From Octopus sinensis (lineage: Eukaryota): DNA of 64,000 nucleotides. The notes beneath the pieces were generated by a model. It was given only the letters and a program-made list of their open reading frames with translations. It searched no databases and had not been told where the DNA came from. A program made the translations under genes and the position numbers. Of the stretch, positions 35,061-47,879 are shown one piece after another (position 1 is the first letter of the stretch; every line of letters begins with the position of its first letter). Location: assembly GCF_006345805.1 (NCBI RefSeq), contig NC_043010.1, positions 1,798,001 to 1,862,000 on the forward strand, in the 5' to 3' direction.

Positions 35061-36250
35061 ACCCACGTCATTTAGTTATTCATGCATTTACAGTATAATT
35101 TTTTTTTATTTGTCATTGATTCATAGTAAAAATTCTGAACTTTTTCATCAAACTGTTTCAATATGAATATATGATGAGGTAAACACACACCATATACATT
35201 CATATAAACATGCACACATATATATATACAGCCACACTATATACATGTGTGTGTGTGTGTGTGTTTGTATGTGTGTATAAAACTTGAAATATGTTTTTGT
35301 AATTGTAAAAACTATGAACATTAATTGAAATAGTTTGACTACAAGAACAGCCAATGTTATTAATAATTCTATTGACAGTGACTTCGAAACTGCCAGTAGT
35401 TGGCATCATAATAGTGTAGGTGTATGAATATATATTAGATGCTAGATTTCATTTCTTTTTATGAGATGCTAGATTTTTTTTTATATATATTTCTAGTGAC
35501 AAAAGTAATTGGTTTCAATCTCTCTCTAATAATTTGGAAGAAAGACTGAAAATAGACAGCCTCGGTTTTTAGAATAAAAAGGTTGCAAAATGTTTCATGT
35601 ATAGTTTCTTGTGACTGTATATGACGTAGCAATAAATGGTAATGATTGTAAAAGTTTAGTGAATGTCCAGCTAAGATCTATGATTACAGGTATTCCTTCC
35701 ATAAGCATTCTGTCTATTTAGGGTTATGCTGAGTGTTCGTCCGATGTGTCTGCTTTTATAAGGGTATAAATTGAGATTTCACAGGTAGGAGGACTAGGTA
35801 GAGGTTTCTGCTTTGATTATAGGTATGAGTCATTAGGGGCTGACATGAGGCTAAACAAAAACTTAATGGGTTTAAAAGACTATCTGTAGTCATTGCCTGT
35901 GTTCCTTGGGTTTGATAATAAAACAACTGCAGCTGTTGTTGTTTAGCATGAAGATGACCTTAATTGATTAGACCTGCAATCAAAAGAATTCATTGAATTG
36001 GAAGAATTGTTAGAGAGAAGTGAGAGGTGCTATGTGGTGTCTTTTCTAGCTATTTAAACTTGAACAGCAATGCCTGCATGCGCCTTGGTCTTAAGCTGTA
36101 TCAGTATAAGTCAGCAGCCTTTTCCATGAATAAATATTGAAAGGTTAAAGAAGAGAGATTTGGTTGTATGGGTAATGGCCAGACTCCTTTAAAAAAATCT
36201 TGACTAGGCCAGTGCATACATGCATAATCAACCTTGACAGACAGCAGCCT

Positions 36251-36450
36251 TATATATAGTTTTTACTATTATCCTACACTTACACACATACACACTCTCT
36301 TATATATAGTTTTTACTATTATCCTACACTTACACACATACACACTCTCTTATATATAGTTTTTACTATTATCCTACACTTACACACATACACACTCTCT
36401 TATATATAGTTTTTACTATTATCCTACACTTACACACATACATACTCTCT
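36251..36450. repeat. 50-bp x4 tandem repeat
   Basis: tatatatagtttttactattatcctacacttacacacatacacactctct; one substitution in the last copy. Confidence 0.97.
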
Positions 36451-36851
36451 TTCTCACATTACTAATTCATTGTAATTTTTTTCGTCTCTGAGTTATTGTT
36501 TCAATGGAAAAAAGGTCTTTTGGATCAATATGTAATCAAAAAGAAGTACTAAAATTCTGTTATATATTTTCCTTCATTCAATTTCCTTCATCCATTTTTC
36601 TTATGCCAGCATTGTCTAAACAAATATTGAGGTATTACACCTGGTTGCCCTTCCTGTCAATAACCCTTACTTGCTGGTTTACAGCTAAGATTTTTCATTC
36701 CACTCTTCTTTGAAGGCTCAGAGCTAGTGGATAATTTTATTTTCAGGGAATGTCAATAAAACATCGCCATTTGTAGCTCAGTGCTTTTTTATGCAATGTG
36801 CAAAATGCAAACATTCACCCAGATGCAAACACATGCATATGTATAATATAT

Positions 36852-37087
36852 ACCTATTTATTTACTACCCACAAAGGGCTAAACACAGAGGGGACAAACA
36901 AGGACAGACAAAGGGATTAAGTCGATTACGTCAACCCCAGTGCATAACTGGTACTTATTTAATCGAGCCCGAAAGGATGAAAAGCAAAGTCGACCTTGGT
37001 GGAATTTGAACTCAGAACGTAACGGCAGATGAAATATGGCTACGCATTTCGCTCGGCATGCTAATGTTTCTGCCAGCTCGCCGCCTT
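36852..37087 (-). mobile_element. SINE family B1
   Basis: Full copy. Confidence 0.88.
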
Positions 37088-37739
37088 AAAATATATATAT
37101 ATACCACCATTTTAATGTTTACAGTTCCATATTTTGTGAAAATCTGATGGAATTTGTTGCTGCAGACTTTTCTATGGTTAGATTCACTTCTTGTGGCCAA
37201 CCTTCATTTGTTTCCAAACAATGTAATAGTTTCCCATCGTTAGACATATTTTCATGGAAGACTAGAAGTGAATAACATCTCTTGTATAACAGTGATACTC
37301 ACTTAAAACTTATGGTATCAAAACAAAGACACACACACTCGATAGGCTTTCATACAATTTATATTTACCAAGTTAATTCAAGACATTGTTTGGCAAATGT
37401 CTCCTGTTATAGCCTCAGGCCAACCAAAAACAAATGTAATACTTATTTATTCACATTGTTTTTCAATTATTCATATGTTATAGATTTGAGATTTCGATGA
37501 TGTAATATTGTTTGTTTTCGGAATGACCTTGTTGGGTAGATGTGAAAGGCTGGATCAAGCCAGTTTGAACTTAAAACTGGTAGAATATTTGGGCTGGATA
37601 TGACTGTTGTAAGCCTTTTGATACCAAACAGCCCAAAACCACTCTTGATTCTGAGGCACAAACTTCCTGTTTTATATAATTCTAAATTAAAACCCTCCAT
37701 CAAAATTTCATGTTGATTTAAGTTACATACAATCAAAGT

Positions 37740-38020
37740 TTGGCTGTTGCCAGTGCCACCCCGACTGGCCTCCGTGCCGGTGGCACGTAAAAAGCACCAT
37801 CCAATCGTGGCTGTTGCCAGCCTCGTCTGGCACCTGTGCCAGTGGCACGTAAAAAGCACCCACTACAATCACAGAGTGGTTGGCGTTAGGAAGGGCATCC
37901 AGCTGTAGAAACGCTGCCAGATCAGACTGGGCCTGGTGCAGCCTTCTGGCTCCCAGACCCCAGTTGAACCGCCCAAACCATGCTAGCAGGGAAAGCGGAT
38001 GTTAAACGATGATGATGATG
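37740..38020 (+). mobile_element. RTE LINE 3' UTR (family C)
   Basis: 2x gtggcacgtaaaaagcacc; (GAT)n tail. Confidence 0.82.
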
Positions 38021-39499
38021 ATGATGATTCATTATTTTCAAAATTGATTGTAACAGAAGCAATGTATATCATCAAAAATATTGTAACAAAAAACAAATTA
38101 AATGCTGGAGGGTTAAATCTTTTAAATTGTGGAGAAAATTAAAGTTATAGCATTCCAGGCAGTTGTTTTTTAATGTCTTTTGTGACATAACAAAGTGAAG
38201 AATTGAAGCAATTTCAAGCAAGAGCTGAACTTTAGTCCTGATTCTCCTAGATGTATGTCCTAAGTTGATTGGCTTCCAGGTCCATACATGCTCGAAAGAC
38301 ATTCCAGTTGTGACCATCTCATCATTTTCATATCTCGTGTATATGGGTCTTTATTATTTCAACATGTCCATTAAGATGTCCTTTATTTATAGTTTTGATT
38401 GTAAGGCAATGTGGTTGCTATTTCTAGTAGATCAAATAACCACCTAAAAGCTCTGTGCTTTAATCCTCTCAGGTTATTACACCTTATCAAATAGATATAT
38501 TACCTGATGAAAAGGTGTTCTTGTCATGACTACCTGTTCATTTTCTTTCTTTTCTTTTTTGTTCCAGTGAATCAAGAATTACATTATCCAATGTGTCTAC
38601 TTTTCAGGAAAAAATAGTAGGACATAATTTTATAGAAATTTGGTTATTATTCTGAGCAGACTGAGAAAAAATTTCTTTATTTCCTCAACTTGCCTTGTAA
38701 TACTCTGCCCTGATAGTAGACTGGTACTTTATTTTAATAAAAGGCAGAGCTGCCTGAATATTTCTCTTTTGTTTTCCAGATACATTGAGACAATTAAGTT
38801 TCATTTATCAACACACCAGTTACTGAGTATATTTTAAAGTGTGTTTTACGGTAGTGTCTATGGGTATCACCTTTGCACACAGTATACTTGTGCATGGTAA
38901 GAATTTGCCACCAAGCAGATATAATCTGATATTGCAGTTTAATTACAATGATGAGTTTGAAATATTTCTATATGCAGAATCCGTTATTCATTCTGATTAG
39001 TGTAGCTGCTAAATTTTGGGTATATGTGTAACTCTCACTTGTATATTAGAAATTTTGTGACAAGGTTAGTTGTTTGAGAAGCCTTAGTGCATGATACACA
39101 CACACATGTATGTACACAGACACACACAGAAGACTCAGTGAGATATGTCATAAACTGTATACCTCATTATGATATATGCTTTAAAAAATGGTTAGAATTT
39201 ATTCATATGTCACAAGCAGCAAGTTTATTATGTTACAAACTTTGTATAAAAATCAACACTTCTACATTTTCTTTTTACTTTTTCTCTTTTTTTTCCCCCC
39301 ACCTGGAACAGTCTTAATGATATCATGGTGTTTAGTTTGGAAGATTGAAGAGTCCACACACACACACACATACATGCACACATATATGCATGCATGCACA
39401 TAAATCTGTATGTGGTTAGTTATATATATATATATGCATGTATGTATGTATTATTGTTATCTTCTACATTTATTAAAAAGAGAGAATTTAATAATGTAA

Positions 39500-39592
39500 A
39501 CAGCAGTGGTAGTGACGGAGGAGGTGGTGGTGACGGTGGTGGTGATGGTGGTGGCGACGGTGGGGGTGGTGACGGTGGTGGTAATGATGAGT
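39500..39592. repeat. (GGT/GAC/GAT)n G-rich simple repeat
   Basis: Seen directly. Confidence 0.9.
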
Positions 39593-40158
39593 AAAAGGGA
39601 GCGGATGATAATAAACAATGAAACAAATATTTTCCCATAGTTTATTGTCACCATTCTACAACAAGAAACAGTGTGGGTGGGTGTATATATATATATATAT
39701 ATATATATGATGAAGTATACACACACTCACACAATGCAATCCTACATAACACACACACACATATATATACACACACATACGTGACTATACAAATAATATA
39801 TCATGCTGGCTTAACTGTATCTTTGGCAAATCTGTAAATTGGTATTGAAAAAGGAAGTCAAGAGAGAAAGAGGCGCCAGAGAGAGGAAATTAAGAAATAA
39901 GGACATATCAATAGGTAGATAGATAAGTGGATAAATAGGAAAGCAGATAGAAAGAATATGAAAGAAGAGAGGTAGGTAGGTAAATAGATTGGTAGACGGA
40001 AAAATAAAGAAATCATGAGAGAGAAATGAAGACAGATTCATAGAGAGCAAGAAAAAAATGGTAGAAATAGAGAAATTCATTGTGAATTGAATGTATGTAT
40101 GTGTAAGAATGTATATGTATATATGTGTATGCATGTTTGATTATATGTACATCTTTGA

Positions 40159-40197
<39 letters not shown>

Positions 40198-41239
40198 TTT
40201 GAATATTTGCGTGTATGCATGTTTGGTTATTTGTATGAATGTATGTGTATGTTTGTATGCTATTATATCTATAAAATGTATGTAAGTATGCATCTGTGTA
40301 TATACAGTTTATTTATATTTCTTATGAAAACTAAACAAGTAAATAGTGAAAATATGTTTAATATTGAGGTTTTTCCCTTGGTATTCTTGGCTTGTTTTTG
40401 TATTGAAATTTAAAAGAAAAACCAAAATATATTTTATTTTATTATTATTGTTATTGTTTATTGATGTTTTTCATTTGTCTATTTTTATTTACTCTAAGAC
40501 AACTTGGATAAAATAAATTATGATCATATAATGATGAAGTCTGGCAAAAATTGTAAAACAAAATAGCATACAGCAAAGTATAAAGAAACCCCCCACACAC
40601 ACACACACACATACATACACACATATACATACACACATATACATACACACACAGAGAAATATATTCAAGAATGCCTAAAAATAAACCTGCATTGTTGCAG
40701 AAACCTATAGATATTCAACAAAAGTTGGAAAAGGGGCTCAGAACAACAACAACAACAACAACAATAATAATAATAATAGTACAAATACTGAGGATACTCT
40801 TTAGAGACAATACAATGTTTAAAAAAATCCTAGCAAAACGACTTCAACAATAATAAAAAAAAAAAATGCCATCTCTGCAATTGCATATGGCTGACTCAGC
40901 ACCATATCTAACTTAACTGCCAGATTATTTTGGAGTAAAGCAAAAATAAATATATGAAACAAAGAAACCAAAAACACTTCTCTACCAGACAAACAACTTT
41001 TCCTTATCAGGAATTCTGAAATAATAATAGTTTCTATCATTGGCACAAGATATGAAGCTTTGAAGGGAGAGGGTTAGTTGCCACTGTTGACCCCAATGCT
41101 TGACTGGTACTTTATTTTAGAAAATATGGAGGTGGAAGAAATGCCATACAAGGCATTTTGTTGTCCAATGCTCAAAAGATTCTGCTAATACACTACTCTT
41201 GATGATGATGATGATCATCATCATCATCAGGATAAGAAA

Positions 41240-42640
41240 CCTTCTGTAACAAGGCCTAAACTTGGCAAGGAGTGGGGTGCTAGTCAATTACATTGACCCC
41301 AGTACTTATTGTATTGACCCTGAAAGGGAGAAAGATATAGTCAACTTCAGCAGAATTTGAACTCAGAACCCAAAGATGGATGAAATACCTCTTAGCATTT
41401 TATCTAGCATGCTAACAATTCTGCCAGCTCATCACAATAATAATAATGATCCTTTCCAAAGATGGCAAGCTTTACGTTTTGAGTTCAAATTCCACCGAGG
41501 TCGATTTTTGCCTTTCATCATTTCGTAGGTCGATAAATTAAGTACCAGTTGCGTACTGGAGTCGATCTAATCGACTGGCCCCATCCCCCAAAATTTTAGA
41601 CCTTGTGCCTAGAACAGAAAAGAATAATGATCCTTTCTATTATTGGCACAAGGCCTGAAATTTTGGGGGAGGAGTTAAGTCAACTGGTACTTATTTCATT
41701 GATCTCGAAAGGATGAAGTGCAAAGTCAACCTCGATGGAATGATGGAATTTGAACTCAAAACATAAAGACAGATGAAATGTTGCTAAGTATTTGGCCCAC
41801 TGTGCTAATGATTCTGCTAGTTCACTGCCTTATGCAATAATAATAATAATGGTTTAAAATTTTGGCACAAGGCCAGCAATTTCGAAGGAAGAGAGTCATC
41901 AATTACATCAACCCCAGTGATCAACTGGTACCTATGTGGAGGCAGAATGGCCCAGTGGTTAGGGCAGCGGACTAGCGGTCAGAGGATCGCGGTTTTGATT
42001 CCCTGACCGGGCGTTGTGTGTGTTTATCGAGCGAAAACACCTAAAACTCCATGAGGCTCCAGCAGGGGGTGGTGGCGACCCCTGTTGTACTCTTTCGCTC
42101 CAACTTTCTCTCACTCTTTCTTCCTGTTTCTTGTCTCCGACTTCCTACGCAACCGCTGAGCCTGGATGCGCATTCATCCATCCATCGATGCTCTCGGTGT
42201 TGGAGGTTGACTTGCTTTCTCTTCTGCGGGTCTTATAAATAGCAAAGGACCACGTATCGGACTTCTCTCAATACAGAAGACCACTTCGCTCAACATCAGC
42301 ATCATCACTGGTACCTATTTTATCAACCCTGAAAGGGTAAAAGGCCAAGTTGACTTCAATGGAATTTGAACTCAAGACAGATGGACAAAATGCCTCTGAC
42401 TATTTTGCTCAGTATGCTCTGTTTAACTCTATTAAAAAGGGGGCAGCTTGCTGCCTTTTTAGCAATAATAATAATAATAATAATAATTCTTTCTACTATA
42501 GGCAAAAAGCCTGAAATTTGGGAAGGTGGGTGTGGGGCTTGTCGATTGCATCAACACCAGTGCTTGACTGGTACTTACTTATTTTAATGATCCTGAAAAG
42601 ATGAGATGCAAAGTTGATCTCAGTGAGATTTGAACTCGAA
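41240..42640. mobile_element. Cluster of about five SINE B2 copies in mixed orientation separated by (AAT)n
   Basis: Copies near 41240(-), 41473(+), 41630(-), 41850-42400(-, interrupted) and 42485(-). Confidence 0.75.
41936..42306 (+). mobile_element. SINE family E1 (tRNA-Arg-like head; OR1/OR2-like by recollection) nested in a B2 copy
   Basis: 12-bp TSD actggtacctat at 41924-41935 and 42307-42318; A box tggcccagtgg. Confidence 0.9.
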
Positions 42641-43491
42641 TGTAATTTATAAGTAAAAACTGGAGAAGTGGAAATGATGGAAAATAGCAAAAAGAAAAAA
42701 AGATACAAAACCATTTTGAAATTTTTATCTCCATTCAATCTGTTTTTTTTTTTTCTTTTTTTTTTAATCTGTGTGAAGAACATGGAGGCATAAATTAGAA
42801 GATTGAAAATAGAACCTGTTTGCACATGCTTACCGATATTCCTGTATCAACAGGTTTTGTTTATGCTTCATAATAAATTCCCCTGAGAATGTGCTATCTC
42901 CTTTTTTTTTTTCATTATTGATTAAATGCTTCATAAAAATTCAAAAAACTTTATCTCTATTATCATAATTATTATTATTATTATTAACATCATCATTATT
43001 ATTGCTATTGTTGTTAATATTTAGTATCCTTATAATTCTTGCCTGCTTCCATGAAACTGTTCAATGCCTGGTTACATACAGTATTTTGTTGTGGTTTTAC
43101 ATTTTCCATTGTATTGCAAGTACTGTCTGTAATATATGTACGGTGCTTAGCAGGACCATTCACTGTATGTTGTGTGCATATGTGTAAGGAGTGGAGTTTT
43201 AGTTGTTTTTGTTTTTATGTTTTTATTAATTAATAAAGGTTCCCAAGGCACCTATCATTATGGTGAATGTAAGGACTGTTTTCTGTTTTCAATGCATACA
43301 TTTTGGTTATCTTAATTTCTAGATCTTTATATTTTGATAATCTTTCCATTTCTTTTTAAAGTACATTATCATCTGTTGGGACTGATACTTTTTGTGGTTT
43401 TAATTATGGTTACTGTTATTAGCATGATAGTTTAGCAGAAAATCAGAAAAAAAAATCTTGGCAGTATTTGCTCCAGTATTAAGTGTTATTA

Positions 43492-43727
43492 AGTCAAAGG
43501 CGGCAAGCTGGCAGGAACGTTAGCACGCCGGGTGAAATGCGTAGCCGTATTTCGTCTGCTGCTACGTTCTGAGTTCAAATTCTGTCAAGGTCGACTTTGT
43601 CTTTCATCCTTTCGGGGTCGATTAAATAAGTACCAGTTACGCACTGGGGTCGATATAATCGACTTAATCCGTTTGTCTGTCTTTGTTTGTCCTCTGTGTT
43701 TAGCCCCTTGTGGGTAGTAAAGAAATA
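43492..43727 (+). mobile_element. SINE family B1
   Basis: 17-bp TSD agtattaagtgttatta at 43475-43491 and 43728-43744. Confidence 0.92.
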
Positions 43728-43744
43728 AGTATTAAGTGTTATTA

Positions 43745-44060
43745 TCATCATCATTAAGCATCCGTTGTCCATGCTGGCATGGGTTGGATAGTTCGACTGA
43801 GCTGGCACACTGGAAGGCTGCATCAGACTCCAGTCTGATTTGTCATGGTTTTCTATGGCTGGATGCCCTTCCTAATGCCGACCACTTCAAGAGTGTAATG
43901 GGTCTTTTACAAGCCCCCAGCACAGGTGGCATTTGTGTGACACTAAGGTGCTTTTATGTGACACTGGTATCTGCCACAACTGCAATTTTGCTTGGCTTGA
44001 TGGGTCTTCTTCTCAAGCATGACATAATACAAAAGGTCTTGATCATTGCCTCCATGAGAG
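43745..44060 (-). mobile_element. RTE LINE 3' UTR (family C)
   Basis: catccgttgtccatgctggcatgggttgga...ggatgcccttcctaatgcc. Confidence 0.75.
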
Positions 44061-44281
44061 CCAAAGCTCGAAAGGTGTTCTTTATGTGCCACTAGCACAT
44101 TCTGAATTCAAATTTCTCTGAAATCATTTTTGACTCTCATCTCACTGTGTCAGTGAAATAAAGTACCAGTCAAGCACTGGGGTCAGTTATCAACTAACAA
44201 CTTGCCCTTAAAATTACTAACCTTAGGTCAAAATTTGAAACAGTTATTATTATAAGGTACTAAGCTGGGAGAATCATTCAC

Positions 44282-45105
44282 AAGGATGGAAGCTGTGGAA
44301 GGAATAAACCCAGGAGGACTTGGGACAAAATGGTGAAAAAGTATCTTCAGATACTGGGCCTCACTGAGGACAGGATAAGGGACCGGGAGTTGTGTTTTGC
44401 GGTACTTAAGACGTGTCAAGCTAAGCAAAATCGCTGTCACCCACACATACAGGCAGGTCTTTTGTAGGGGCCAGTGCCACATAAAATGCACTTGTGCTGG
44501 TGCTGCTGTTGGTGTTGCTGTTGAGCGAACGGTCTTCGTCCCAGAGCTCGCAAGATTAGAGAAGTCCGAAATGTGGTCCTTTGCTATTTGTAGGACCCAC
44601 AGAAGAGAAAGCAGGTCAACCCCCGACACCGAGAGCATCGACGGATGGATGAATGCGCATCCAGGCTCAGCTGTTGTGTAGGAAGTCGGGGACAAGAAAC
44701 AGGAAGAAAGAGTGAGAGAAAGTTGGGGCGAAAGAGTACAACAGGGGTCGCCACCACCCCCTGCTGGAGCCTCGTGGAGCTTTAGGTGTCTTCACTCAAT
44801 AAACACACACAACGCCCGGTCTGGGAATTGAAATCGCAGTCCTCTGACCGCAAGTTCGCTGCCCTAACCACTGGGTCATTGTGCCTCCACAGCTGGTGCT
44901 GCATAAACACACCCATACTGATGGTACATAAATAGCACCCAGCACTCTCTGTAAAGAGGTTGGTGTTAGGAAGGGCATCCAGCCATAGAAATCATACCAA
45001 AACAGAAAATTGGAGTCTGGACTGCTCCATGGTTGGTCAGCTCCTGTGAAACTGTCCAACCCATGCCAGCATGGAAGACAGACATTGAACAATGATGATG
45101 ATCAA
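44282..45105 (+). mobile_element. 5'-truncated RTE LINE (ORF end + 3' UTR) interrupted by SINE E1
   Basis: DGSCGRNKPRRTWDKMVKKYLQILGLTEDRIRDRELCFAVLKTCQAK resembles RTE C-termini; family C UTR resumes at 44892. Confidence 0.82.
44507..44891 (-). mobile_element. SINE family E1
   Basis: 11-bp TSD gctggtgctgc at 44496-44506 and 44892-44902; matches the 41936 copy. Confidence 0.9.
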
Positions 45106-45194
45106 ACAGTATTCTTCTCAGCTCTTTCCATTTTGTGTCCAAATTCTACCAAGGTCAGTTTTGCCTTTCGTTCTTTAGGCTGAGAAGAACTTAT

Positions 45195-45445
45195 TCTGTT
45201 GGTCTCTTTTGCTGAACTGCTAAGTTACAGGGACATAAACACACCAGCATCAGTTGTCACACATACACACATATATATACATATATACGATGGGCTTCTT
45301 TCAGTTTCCGTCTACCAAATCCACTCGCAAGGCTTTGGTCGGCCAGGTGCTATAGTAGAAGACACTCGCCTATGTTGCTACGCGGTGGGACTGAACCCGA
45401 AGTCATGTAGCTAGGAAGCAAGCTCCCTAACCACACAGCCATGCT
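45195..45445 (-). mobile_element. SINE family A, partial
   Basis: gggcttctttcagtttccgtctaccaaatccactc module. Confidence 0.8.
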
Positions 45446-45450
45446 CATTA

Positions 45451-45840
45451 ACATAAATGACAGAAATAATAGGATGAAATTTTATTTAAGAACAAAATTC
45501 TAATATCATGACAAATTATTTTTTAACTTAAAAACATGTAAATAATGTGTATTAGTAATTTAAGGATAAATAGATTACATGCCTACATTAATGCAAAATG
45601 CAAAAAATCCTTCAAAATAATGCAGAATTTAAGACATGTCCTCTTTCACCTGAGGTTCTAACTTATATTCTATATTATTTTGAAAGATTTTTTTGCATTA
45701 ATGCAGACGTGTAATTTATTTATTATTAAATATAATAATGTAAATTATTTACACGTTTTTAAGTTACAAAATAATTTGTCGTGATATTAGAATTTTCTTA
45801 TTGTTAAATAAAATTTCATCAAGCTATTTCTATCATATGT
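45451..45840. repeat. AT-rich foldback (~180-bp imperfect inverted arms), probable MITE
   Basis: gatgaaattttatttaa..aaaattctaatatcatgacaaattatttt mirrored by aaaataatttgtcgtgatattagaatttt..ttaaataaaatttcatc. Confidence 0.85.
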
Positions 45841-45982
45841 GACTTTACACACTCCTTATCATTTCTTCTTGTATCATATTATTCATACTATATATTCTAT
45901 ATGTTTTGTAGAATGATATATTAAGCTTTCTTTTTTATGAGTACTACCAGATTACATGAATTCATATATTGTGACTTAAATT

Positions 45983-46013
<31 letters not shown>

Positions 46014-46035
46014 TTGTGTGTGTGTGTGTGTGTGT

Positions 46036-46325
46036 GTGGAGCCGCAATGGCCCAGTGGTTAGAGCAGCGGACTCGCGGTCGTAGGATCATCCCGGTTTCG
46101 TTTCCCAGACCAGGCGTTGTTTATTGAGCGAAAACACCTAAAGCTCCATGAGGCTCCAGCAGGGGGTGGGGGGTGATCCCTGCTGTACTCCTTTGCCACA
46201 ACTTTCTCTCACTCTTTCTTCTGTTTGCCTGCTCTCTTGGCCAGCGGGGTGTCGTCATTTGAAGGCTAAAACAATGTGAAGCGCATTGTGACCAGCGATA
46301 TGCAGCAACATCTGATAGCCTGATT
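46036..46325 (+). mobile_element. SINE family E2 (E head and body, different 3' tail)
   Basis: Matches E1 up to ctcactctttctt, then ggccagcggggtgtcgtcatttgaaggc...ggtcacgg. Confidence 0.82.
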
Positions 46326-46333
46326 GGTCACGG

Positions 46334-46365
<32 letters not shown>

Positions 46366-47879
46366 TATTCACAGTGGACTTCTTCCAGTTTGTCTACCAA
46401 ATCCACTGACAAGGCTCTGGTTGGCCCAAGGCTATAGTAGAGGACACTTGCCCAAGGTGGCATGCAGTGGGACTGAACCCAGGCTCATGTGGTTGGGAAG
46501 CAAGCTTATTACCACTTCTAATTTTGGCACAAGCCCAGCGTTTTTAGGGAAAATAGTTACACAATGACATGAAACAGCCAATATTTGGTTGGTACTCAAT
46601 TGACTCTTAAAAAGATGAGAAGGGCAAACTTGACTCAGTGGGATTTGAACTTGCTATGTAAAAAGCCAGAACAAATACTAAGAATCCTTTTGTTTGATCC
46701 TCTAATGATTTCTGTATGCCAGCATGCCGCCTTTTTAGATCGGAGTTCAAAGCCAGCTGGGACCAACTTGGCCTTTTTTGCTGTCTCTGGTCAGTAAATT
46801 AAGAATTAGTCAGGAATTAGGTTGATCTTAATAAATAATACTCCCCCACCATCTTTCACACAAGTACACACACACACACACACACACAAGTACACACACA
46901 CAAGTACACACACACACACACACAAAAACATTGTGCCTATGTTAGAAATCAATATTAATAACTGCCTTCTTAAACAATTTTCTCTCTTAGCCAGTAGTCT
47001 CTTGTGACCATCTCTTGGAATATTCCCCGCCATTGAATATATTAGATCTGTTGCATAATGTGTAATGGTTTCGAGTAGAATTCTAGCATTACCATCTACT
47101 GTGTCTAACATATTATATTCCAGTCCAATTCTACAAAACCATACACTCTGGCTGGGACAGCTATATTAATATATTAATGGCACTGATGATGTTCTTCCTA
47201 TTCAAATGAAAGTAGAGTTTTTTTTTAGATATTATTATTTTCTTTTAATTTATTACATCAACCCTTTCATTCCTCATTTTCATTTGCATATATTTCACAT
47301 ATGCAGTTTTGCTCTTCTTCTTCTTTTCCTAAACACCAATGGAATGTAGAACTTTTGAGTTTCGCTTCCTGTATTATTATCCTCTACTCTGGAGATTTGA
47401 AAACCATTTTTTTTTTTTCCGTAATTTATTTATTTACATTTTATGTTGCATTTTGTAGATATTAGCATTGGCAACTGTAGGTTCAACAATGGGGCGAGCA
47501 GAATTTTGCTGCATTCATCATGGCAAAATTGGCCAGGGAGCCAAAGTCCATCCCAGACAGAACAAATGCTGCTGGAGCTTATTAATTACAAGCTGCTGAT
47601 GTATCTCATCCTCATCATCTTTTTAAAGTTTGCTTTTCCATTCCTGCATGGGCTAGATGGAGTTTAACGATGCAGATTTTCTATGTCCAGATGCCTTTCC
47701 TGTTGCCAACCCTCACCTATTTCAAAGTAAGGTAATATTTCCCCACTGCCAGATATGTTTTCACAAAACATTGGAAATAAGAACATTCATTTAGAACAAT
47801 TATGCAACGTTAAGATAAGGAGACACAAACACATATATTCACACATACATGTGCATAAAGAAGCGTCAATCCCTTAAAG

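Noticed and set aside
36251-36450. CRISPR-like array
   Set aside because: Contiguous identical units without spacers, in a eukaryotic context with no cas genes.
44228-44695. 155-aa minus-strand ORF as a gene
   Set aside because: It spans SINE E1 and the antisense strand of an RTE 3' end.
46806-47160. Minus-strand ORF LDTVDGNARILLETITHYATD...
   Set aside because: No donor site, the frame runs into (GT)n, and no recognisable homology.
47459-47600. Acceptor followed by ILALATVGSTMGRAEFCCIHHGK...
   Set aside because: No downstream donor; two frames are open by chance and neither is recognised.
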